In this document: positions 56,947 to 64,000 of the stretch, piece after piece
Layout of the letters: each line of letters begins with the position of its first letter
How positions within the stretch are numbered: position 1 is the stretch's first letter
Assembly: GCA_965228475.1 (NCBI GenBank)
Contig: OZ245817.1
Coordinates: forward strand, 3,808,001 to 3,872,000
DNA from: Myxococcota bacterium
GTDB taxonomy: Bacteria; Myxococcota_A; UBA9160; JAFDDA01
Length of the DNA stretch: 64,000 nt
Reading direction: 5' to 3'
The notes under the pieces: model-generated
Told to the model about the DNA's origin: nothing
Database searches by the model: none
Seen by the model: the letters and a program-made list of their open reading frames with translations, nothing else
Position numbers and translations under genes: made by a program

Positions 56947-58229
56947 GGCTGGCGCTCGTTCGGGTCCGTGAGGGGGACGCTCAAGCCCGAGCCCGTCTGC
57001 GCCACGCCATCCCGCTGGCCCTCGGGCATCTGCTGCACGACCTGGCGGCCGAGCGCCTGGAGCACGGGGATCTCCGGATCGGCGAGCTCCTTCATCCACT
57101 CCTTGCGCTGCATCGCCTTCTCGAGATGCGGCGCGAGCGCCTCGAGCTTCTTGCGCTCGCGCTCCGCCTCCTGCTCCTTGAACTCCGGGAGCACCCGGTC
57201 CGCGAACAGCTCGAGCGATTCGCAGATGTGGTCGTGCTCGTTCTTCCCACCCTGCTGGATGAAGATCACCTGATCGACGCCGACGTCCGCGAAGGAGTTC
57301 AGGTGGTCGCGCAGCTGGTCCGGCGTCCCGATGCCCCGGTCGCCCCCGGCCCGCGGAAGCGAATCCCGGGCGGCCTCGAACTTCTGCCAGATGTCCGTCC
57401 GGCCGGGCGTGTGCTCGCCGAAGATGTAGTGGTGCGCGAGCGCGTAGCCGAAGAAGCGGAAGCCGTCCTCGCCGCGGCGCCGCGCCTCCTCGGCGTCCTC
57501 GTGGCACGAGAAGCCCGTCACCATGGCGATGTTCGGGTTGATCGCGTGGCCGATCGGGACGCACTCGTTCTTCAGGGTCTCGTAGTAGTCGTCGACCCAC
57601 TTGCGGGCCTCCGACGGGTCGATGAAGGCGAAGGTCAGCGCACCGATGCCGCAGCGCGCGGCCATCAGGATGGTCTCCCGGTTCGAACACGCGACCCAGA
57701 GGGGCGGGTGGGGCTTCTGCACGGGCTTGGGCACGACGTTCCGGCACGGCATGTCGAAGAACTCCCCCTGGAAGCCCGGGTAGGGGTTCATCGCCATCAT
57801 GTTCGCGGTCTGCTCGACGCACTCGCGCCACATGGCGCGCTTGCGCTCGGGGCTCACCTGGAAGCCGCCGAGCTCGGCCAGGGAAGAGGACTCGCCGGTG
57901 CCGAACTCGACGCGGCCGTTCGAGACGAGGTCGAGCGTGGCGATGCGCTCGGCGACGCGCGCCGGGTGGTTGTACGCGGGCGGCATCAGCACGATGCCGT
58001 GACCGAGACGGATCTGCTTCGTCCGCTGGCTGCAGGCGGCCAGGAAGACCTCCGGCGCCGAGGAGTGCGAGTACTCCTCGAGGAAGTGGTGCTCGACCTC
58101 CCAGGCGGAGTCGATGCCCAGGCGATCGGCGAGTTCCACCTGGTCGAGCGCCTGCTGGAAGAGCTCCCGCTCCGAACGCTCGGTCCACGGCCGCGGCAGC
58201 TGATGCTCGTAGAAGATCCCGAACTTCAT
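56943..58229 (-). CDS. LLM-class flavin-dependent oxidoreductase
   Basis: MKFGIFYE, VEHHFLEEYSHSSAPE, ERIATLDL.SNGRVEFG. Confidence 0.9.
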   Translation of the reverse strand: MKFGIFYEHQLPRPWTERSERELFQQALDQVELADRLGIDSAWEVEHHFLEEYSHSSAPEVFLAACSQRTKQIRLGHGIVLMPPAYNHPARVAERIATLDLVSNGRVEFGTGESSSLAELGGFQVSPERKRAMWRECVEQTANMMAMNPYPGFQGEFFDMPCRNVVPKPVQKPHPPLWVACSNRETILMAARCGIGALTFAFIDPSEARKWVDDYYETLKNECVPIGHAINPNIAMVTGFSCHEDAEEARRRGEDGFRFFGYALAHHYIFGEHTPGRTDIWQKFEAARDSLPRAGGDRGIGTPDQLRDHLNSFADVGVDQVIFIQQGGKNEHDHICESLELFADRVLPEFKEQEAERERKKLEALAPHLEKAMQRKEWMKELADPEIPVLQALGRQVVQQMPEGQRDGVAQTGSGLSVPLTDPNERQP

Positions 58230-58384
58230 GTCGTCCCCTTCCAGCGCGCGCGATCTGCGAGCATCCTACAGGACGCTGCCGCACGCCTGCGGTAAACCTG
58301 CCGGTCGAAGGCCGAGGCGCTCCCGGAGCGGGCAGAGCCTCGGCGACGCCTCAAGGCGAGCGGACGGAGGGCCGTCAAGAGTTC

Positions 58385-58987
58385 ATGCGGAACCTGCTGG
58401 TCATCCTCGTTGCATGCTTCGCGCTGCACCAGTACTGGACGGGCCGCGCCATCGAGCCCGGCCCGGGCATGGTGGCGCCCTTCGAGCCCGTGCAACGCAC
58501 CCTCGACCCGAAGCCGAAGTTCGAGTTCAAGGGCTACCGCATGACGTCTCTCGCAAGCTTCGAAGTGGAGGCGCGCGTGCTCTCGGCCAAGCGCTACTCG
58601 CACGATGCCAGCGCGAAGCTCTCCCCCATCGACCTCGCCCTCGGCTGGGGTCCGATGTCGGACAGCACCGTGCTCGAAGACATCGACATCTCCCAAAGCG
58701 GCCGCTTCTACCGCTGGGAGACGCGCCGGCCCAAGATCGACGTCGAACTGATCGGGCGCCACAGCGCGAACATGCACCTGATCCCGGCGGACGACTCCGT
58801 CCTCGCCGCCCTCGACGGCGTGCGCCCCGGCCACATCGTTCGCTTCGAGGGCGATCTCATCCAGGCCGAAGGTGAGAACCGCTGGCGCTGGAAGAGCTCC
58901 CTGACCCGACGCGATGCCGGGGGCGGCGCATGCGAAGTGGTGTTCGTGCGGCGGCTCGAGCTGATCGACCCGACCGCACGCTCCTGA
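58385..58987 (+). CDS. conserved hypothetical membrane-anchored protein
   Basis: N-terminal TM; SPIDLALGWG.MSD, SQSGRFY, HSANMHLIPA, WKSSLTR.D.G.GACE. Confidence 0.75.
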   Translation: MRNLLVILVACFALHQYWTGRAIEPGPGMVAPFEPVQRTLDPKPKFEFKGYRMTSLASFEVEARVLSAKRYSHDASAKLSPIDLALGWGPMSDSTVLEDIDISQSGRFYRWETRRPKIDVELIGRHSANMHLIPADDSVLAALDGVRPGHIVRFEGDLIQAEGENRWRWKSSLTRRDAGGGACEVVFVRRLELIDPTARS

Positions 58988-59037
58988 CGCCCCCTCGTGA
59001 TTTCCTGACTCACGACATCCTGACGCCCCCCTCGTGA
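58982..59037. repeat. direct repeat at gene end
   Basis: TCCTGACGCCCC(C)CTCGTGA at 58982 and 59018, with a third TCCTGAC at 59003. Confidence 0.7.
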
Positions 59038-59081
59038 AGCGCTGGGGCGCGAACCCGGCCGGGGGCTATTCTCTGGGTCGC

Positions 59082-60479
59082 ATGCCGCCCGAACTCGATC
59101 GTCGTTCCTTTCTCCGCGGGAGCGCTGCGCTCGCCGCATGGTCCGCGACGACGTTGGCCCGCCCCTTCGAGGCCCTGGCCGCGCGCGGCGGGCCCGGGCG
59201 CGGATACGGCCCGCTCGCCCCGGTCCGCGACCAGACGACCGGACTCCCGCTGATCGAGCTGCCCGAAGGGTTTCGCTACGCGACCTTCGGCTGGACCGGC
59301 GACGCCATGACCGACGGCCGGCCGACGCCGCCCGGCCACGACGGCCAGGCCGCCTTCGCCGCGCCCGACGGCAAGATCCACCTGCTGCGCAACCACGAGC
59401 TGATGCTCGACCGGCGCATCCCGAACCGCACGTCCTTCGCCCCGGCGGAGCTCACCTACGACGCGGGCGAGGCGCCGGGCGGCGTCACCGCCGTCACCTT
59501 CGACCCGAAGCTCGAGCGCGGCGTCCGCACGGAGCCGCGCCTCTCGGGCACGATTCGCAACTGCGCCGGCGGGCCGACGCCGTGGGGGACCTGGCTCACC
59601 TGCGAGGAGAACGTCGACGGTCCGGGCGCCGGGGGAAACGCCGCGCTGCTCGAGAAGCCGCACGGCTACGTCTTCGAGGTCACGGCGAGCGGCGACTCCG
59701 CGCCCCGCCCGATCCGCGGCCTCGGCCGCTTCCTCCACGAAGCGATCGCGATCGATCCCGAGACGGGCATCGCCTACCTGACGGAAGACCGGGACTCCTC
59801 GGGCCTCTACCGGTTCCTCCCGAACCGGCCCGGCCAGCTCCACGCGGGCGGACGTCTCGAGATGCTCGCGGTGCGCGGCAAGCCCGGCTTCGACACGCAC
59901 CGCAAGGCGCGCGTCGGCCGCTGGCTCGACGTCGTCTGGGTGCCGATCCACGAACCGGAGCGCGTCCACGGCGACCCTTCCGCCCGCGACGGCCTCGGCG
60001 TCCACACCCAGGGCCTCGGCGAGGGCGGCGCGCGCTTCCGGCGCGGCGAGGGCATCTGGTACGGCGGCGGCCGCTTCTTCTTCACCGCCACGAGCGGCGG
60101 CTCCGCCGGCATGGGCCAGGTCTTCGAGTTCGACCCGGCGGGCCAGCGGCTCCGCCTCGTCTTCGTGAGCGAGGGGCCGGACCACCTGAACCGGCCCGAC
60201 AACATCACGGTGAGCCCCCGCGGCGGCATCGTGCTGTGCGAAGACGCCAAACGCCGGCGCGCCTACCTGCGCGCCTTCGGGCCCGACGGCGGCCTCTTCG
60301 ACCTGGCGCGCAACGCCGTCGTCCTCGCCGGCGAACGCAACGGGCTCCGCGGCGACTACAGCAAGAAGGAATGGGCCGGGGCGTGCTTCTCCCCCGACGG
60401 CCGATGGCTCTTCGCCAACGTGCAGTGGCCGGGGATCACCTTCGCCATCACCGGGCCCTGGGAACGAGGTCCCCTCTGA
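59082..60479 (+). CDS. phoX: PhoX-family (DUF839) alkaline phosphatase, Tat-exported
   Basis: DRRSFL twin-arginine signal, HDG, RNHE, NCAGG.TPWGTWLTCEE, GRF.HEA, YLTED, PDN, CED, E.AG..FSPDG. Confidence 0.85.
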   Translation: MPPELDRRSFLRGSAALAAWSATTLARPFEALAARGGPGRGYGPLAPVRDQTTGLPLIELPEGFRYATFGWTGDAMTDGRPTPPGHDGQAAFAAPDGKIHLLRNHELMLDRRIPNRTSFAPAELTYDAGEAPGGVTAVTFDPKLERGVRTEPRLSGTIRNCAGGPTPWGTWLTCEENVDGPGAGGNAALLEKPHGYVFEVTASGDSAPRPIRGLGRFLHEAIAIDPETGIAYLTEDRDSSGLYRFLPNRPGQLHAGGRLEMLAVRGKPGFDTHRKARVGRWLDVVWVPIHEPERVHGDPSARDGLGVHTQGLGEGGARFRRGEGIWYGGGRFFFTATSGGSAGMGQVFEFDPAGQRLRLVFVSEGPDHLNRPDNITVSPRGGIVLCEDAKRRRAYLRAFGPDGGLFDLARNAVVLAGERNGLRGDYSKKEWAGACFSPDGRWLFANVQWPGITFAITGPWERGPL

Positions 60480-61717
60480 AACCCCTGCTCCGGTTCGCTC
60501 GCATCCCGAGCGTCGTCCTCTCGCTGCTCGCGCTCGGCTGTACCGTGACGCCGCCCCTGCCGCCCGGAGACGAGCCCCTCGTTCCGGCGAGCGCTCCGGT
60601 CTTCGATCACACCCTCGAGGACGTCCGGCTCGACGAGCTCGACCTCTCGCGCTTCTGGACCGAACGCACCGGCCCGCGCGAGCCCATCGTGATCCACCAC
60701 CGCACCTTCGCCGAGGTGGCCGAGGGCGTGCGCCACGGCGTGGTGAACATCTACACGCGCCGGGTCGAGAAGCGGCAGTTCCGCATCGGCGTCCACCCGA
60801 ACGATCTCCTGCCGATCCGCATTCCGATCGCTTCGCGGCTCCTCGACGTGATCCCGTTCCAAGTGCCGGTCCCCTTCCAGAGCGAGGGCTTCGCGCTCGG
60901 CTCGGGCTTCGTGGTGAACGACGGCGGCTACGTCCTGACCAACGCGCACGTGCTCGCCAACGCCACGGACGTGCGCGTCGTGTTCGCCGATGGCCGGCGC
61001 GAGTACCCGGCGCGCATCCTCGGGCGCGACCGGCTCACGGACACGGCCCTGCTGCGCGTCGAAGGCGAGCTTCCGGCGCGCCCGCTTCCCCTCGGCCGCT
61101 CGAACGAGCTCGACGTGGGCGAGATGGTGATGGCCGTCGGCAACCCGCTCGGACTCTCGCACACGGTCACGCAGGGCCTCGTCTCTGCGACCGAGCGCAC
61201 CGTGCCCGGCGAGAACGCCCCCTTCGTCGACTTCATCCAGACGGACTCGGCGATCAACCCCGGAAGCTCCGGCGGACCGCTCTTGAACCTCTACGGCGAG
61301 GTCGTCGGCATCAACACGGCGATCGTCTCGGACGCGCAGCTGATCGGCTTCGCCGTACCGATCGACACCGTGAAGCGCGTGCTCCCGCTCCTGATCCTCG
61401 GCGAGGCGCGCCGGGGCTGGCTCGGGGTGACGGTCGGCGCCGAAGACCCGGAGGTGCGCATGGAGCGCCTGTCCCAGGGGCGGATCCCGGGCGCCCCGGT
61501 CGAGGCCGTCGAAGCGGGAAGCCCCGCGGCCCTCGCGGGGCTCGAGGCCGGCGATCGGATCATCGGCATCAACGGCGAGATCACGCCGGGCCTCCAGGCC
61601 CTCCAGCGCCAGACCCTGGGGCTTCTGGCCGGGGAGACCGTCCGCCTGCGCGTCTCGCGCGGCGACGCCGAGCTGCGGCTCGAAGCCACCCTCGTCGCGC
61701 CGCCGCCGGAATCCTGA
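60476..61717 (+). CDS. HtrA/DegP-like trypsin protease with PDZ domain, lipoprotein (probable CTG start)
   Basis: Lipobox LALGC, GSGF, TNAHV, D.AL, IQTDSAINPGSSGGPL, C-terminal PDZ. Confidence 0.88.
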   Translation: MKPLLRFARIPSVVLSLLALGCTVTPPLPPGDEPLVPASAPVFDHTLEDVRLDELDLSRFWTERTGPREPIVIHHRTFAEVAEGVRHGVVNIYTRRVEKRQFRIGVHPNDLLPIRIPIASRLLDVIPFQVPVPFQSEGFALGSGFVVNDGGYVLTNAHVLANATDVRVVFADGRREYPARILGRDRLTDTALLRVEGELPARPLPLGRSNELDVGEMVMAVGNPLGLSHTVTQGLVSATERTVPGENAPFVDFIQTDSAINPGSSGGPLLNLYGEVVGINTAIVSDAQLIGFAVPIDTVKRVLPLLILGEARRGWLGVTVGAEDPEVRMERLSQGRIPGAPVEAVEAGSPAALAGLEAGDRIIGINGEITPGLQALQRQTLGLLAGETVRLRVSRGDAELRLEATLVAPPPES

Positions 61718-61725
61718 ACCGCCCC

Positions 61726-63516
61726 TTGCCGCGCTCCGACCCGTTCGACGCCCCGCTCCGCCGCACCCTCCCCCTCGCCACGAAGCTCCTGTTCAGCGCG
61801 CCGAGCTTCGCCGGCGCCGCGATGGTGATCCCGATCGCGGTGCACATGACGAAGTTCTACTCGGACACGGTGCTCGTCCCGCTCGGCGTGCTCGGCATGG
61901 CGATCGCCTTCGCCCGCGCCTTCGACGCCATCACCGACCCGCTCGTCGGCTGGCTCTCGGACCGGACGCACACACGGTTCGGGCGGCGGCGGCCGTGGAT
62001 CTTCCTCGGCGGCCCGCTCTGCGGCATCGCCTTCTACTTCCTCTTCAGCCCGCCGGCCGGGCTCGATCCGGGCGGCGGCGGCGCGTGGTTCATCGCCTGC
62101 TACCTGCTCTACTTCCTCTTCCACACGGTCTACCTGGTTCCCTACCTCGCACTCGGCGCCGAGCTCAGCCTCGAGTACCACGACCGCACGTCGCTGTTCG
62201 CGATCCGGGAAGCCTTCGTCGTCGCCGGGACGCTCTTCGCCGCGGTCCTGCCCGGCCTGTTCACCGCCCGCATGGGCGAGCGCGAAGCGTTCTCGCTCTT
62301 TGCCGCGATCTTCGGCGCACTCGTCGGGATCCTCTACGCCGGGCTCGCCGTCCAGGTCCGCGAGCGCCGCGAGTTCTCCCTGCGCGCGGACAACCCCTTC
62401 GTCCCCGGCCTGCGACGCTCGCTGCGCAACCGGCCCTTCCGCCTGCTGCTCGGCATCGCCCTGTTCAACGGCATCCCCGGCACCCTCACCGGAACGCTCC
62501 TGCCCTTCTTCAACCAGTACGTCGTCCAGCCCGAAGACACGGCCTGGTGGCTGACCGCGACCCTCGGCGCCTACTTCGGCTCGGCGTTCCTCTTCATCCC
62601 GGTCTGGATGACGCTCACGCGCCGGCTCGGGAAGCGCAAAGCGATGATGGCGGCGCAGATCCTCGCCGCGAGCGTCTCGCTCCTGATCCTCGGCATCGGC
62701 CCGGGCGACAATGCCCCCCTGCTCGTCTTGCTCCTGCTCTCGGGGTCCACCTTCGGCGCCCTCTCCTTCATCATCCCCGCGATGAAGGCCGACGTGATCG
62801 ACCACGACGAACTCCACACCGGGCGGCGGCGCGAAGCGCAGTACACCGCCCTTTGGTCGATCCTCCCGAAGTTCGTGAACATCCCGGCGGCCGCGATCCC
62901 GATCGCCCTGCTCGCCACGCTCGGCTACGTCCCGAACCAGCCCCAGACCGAGACGGTCGTGACGGCCCTGCGCTGGATGTTCGGCCTGACCCCGGCGGTC
63001 TGCTTCCTCGTCGGCCTCTGGATGACGTGGCGCTTCCCGATCGAAGCGGAGACCCACGCCCGCATCCTCGACGGCATCGACGCCCACGCCCGCGGCGAGC
63101 CCGCCCTCGACCCGGTCACCGGGCGGACCCTCCCCCCGCCCGGAGCCGAACGCGTCGACGACGACACGGCCTGGTACCTCGACCACTTCTCGCCCCGCGA
63201 ACTCGCGGCGGCCCGCGAGGGCGGGCAGCCGGCCCTGCTCCGGCGCGTGGTTGCGGCCACGGGCCTCTCGGCCGGGGTGGCCGTGGTCTTCGGCGTCTCG
63301 GTCTTCGCGACGCTCCGCGACCTCTCCCAGGAGCCCGGTGTCGGCAGCGTCGGCGCCGTGGTGGTCGCGGGTCTCGGGCTCTGCGCGGTGATCGTGCATG
63401 CGATCCGGCTGGCCGCCGCGCGCGGCTTCGAGGCGCGCGGGATCCAGGCGGAGACCCTGGGGGTCCACCACGCCGAGGTGCTCGAAGCCCGGCAGGCCCA
63501 GAAAAATCCGAATTAG
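61726..63516 (+). CDS. MFS transporter, GPH/MelB-like, with C-terminal extension
   Basis: DAITDPLVGWLSDRT.TRFGRRRPW, PY.ALGAEL...Y.DRT, ADVID.DEL.TG.RRE. Confidence 0.9.
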   Translation: MPRSDPFDAPLRRTLPLATKLLFSAPSFAGAAMVIPIAVHMTKFYSDTVLVPLGVLGMAIAFARAFDAITDPLVGWLSDRTHTRFGRRRPWIFLGGPLCGIAFYFLFSPPAGLDPGGGGAWFIACYLLYFLFHTVYLVPYLALGAELSLEYHDRTSLFAIREAFVVAGTLFAAVLPGLFTARMGEREAFSLFAAIFGALVGILYAGLAVQVRERREFSLRADNPFVPGLRRSLRNRPFRLLLGIALFNGIPGTLTGTLLPFFNQYVVQPEDTAWWLTATLGAYFGSAFLFIPVWMTLTRRLGKRKAMMAAQILAASVSLLILGIGPGDNAPLLVLLLLSGSTFGALSFIIPAMKADVIDHDELHTGRRREAQYTALWSILPKFVNIPAAAIPIALLATLGYVPNQPQTETVVTALRWMFGLTPAVCFLVGLWMTWRFPIEAETHARILDGIDAHARGEPALDPVTGRTLPPPGAERVDDDTAWYLDHFSPRELAAAREGGQPALLRRVVAATGLSAGVAVVFGVSVFATLRDLSQEPGVGSVGAVVVAGLGLCAVIVHAIRLAAARGFEARGIQAETLGVHHAEVLEARQAQKNPN

Positions 63517-63528
63517 ACGTCGGATTTT
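63503..63528. promoter_or_regulatory. inverted repeat (operator or terminator)
   Basis: AAAATCCGA-ATTAGACG-TCGGATTTT overlapping the MFS stop. Confidence 0.45.
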
Positions 63529-63615
63529 CTTGAACCCGGCCCGGGGCCCATTTACCCTTCCCCCTCGAATTCGCCGGCTCCGAGCCCGCGAGACGCGCCC
63601 ACGAAGGAGACCCGC

Positions 63616-64000
63616 ATGGCCGAGGCACCCGTCGTCAACCAGATGGAGCAGCTCGACAAAGAGCTCGAAGTCATCCTCACGTCCTTCGACACCAACTACG
63701 TCTGGAACTACGGCGACCTCAAGCAGGGTCTCCGCGACCTCTACGAGAAGGCCAAGCGCGAGCAGTGGAACTCGACGACCCAGCTCCAGTGGGACACCCA
63801 GGTCGACCCCGAGAGCGAGATCGTCCCGACGCCGGTGAACCCGCTCGAGGACTTCGGCCCCTACATGAAGCTCAACGAGAAGGAGAAGAACCGGCTGCGC
63901 CATGCGCAGATCGCGCTCCAGCTCTCGCAGTTCCTCCACGGCGAGCAGGGCGCGCTGATCGTCGCCTCCCAGCTCGTCGGCGGCGTGCCGTGGATCGACG
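63616..64000 (+). CDS. ferritin-like diiron protein (AurF-like), 3'-truncated by window edge
   Basis: Own translation: MAEAPVV..LYEKAKREQW..LSQFLHGEQGAL; AAGGAG RBS; absent from ORF track because it runs off the end. Confidence 0.8.
   Translation, partial: MAEAPVVNQMEQLDKELEVILTSFDTNYVWNYGDLKQGLRDLYEKAKREQWNSTTQLQWDTQVDPESEIVPTPVNPLEDFGPYMKLNEKEKNRLRHAQIALQLSQFLHGEQGALIVASQLVGGVPWID

Overview
High-GC Gram-negative bacterial chromosome segment. Porins, many sigma-54 elements, a Hanks-type kinase and several LLM/F420-type oxidoreductases suggest a Myxococcota-like organism (inference). About 60 genes are present. They include a phosphate locus (pstA-pstB-porin, convergent with phoB-phoR; phoX near the far end) and many lipid/acyl-CoA catabolic and redox enzymes. 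Other blocks are moaA divergent from Rrf2-grxD-qor (qor frameshifted), a Ser/Thr kinase divergent from a type II glutamine synthetase, a glycosyl/methyltransferase cluster, and a porin + small binding protein + histidine kinase + sigma-54 activator module. No rRNA, tRNA, CRISPR array, integrase or transposase was recognised. The most interesting signals are non-coding. (1) The glnII leader has mutually exclusive anti-SD and anti-anti-SD helices, a candidate new translational riboswitch. (2) There are five sigma-54 promoters, three of which share an upstream CTGCCG-N4-CGGCAG palindrome, a candidate regulon. (3) A highly structured RNA of about 200 nt follows one sigma-54 promoter. (4) Many genes look leaderless (TAnnnT + 6-7 nt + start codon). 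(5) An 86-bp CTAG-flanked MITE is present. (6) Three unrelated 20-bp tandem repeats each duplicate a stop codon. All annotation is by eye; no database searches or folding computations were run.
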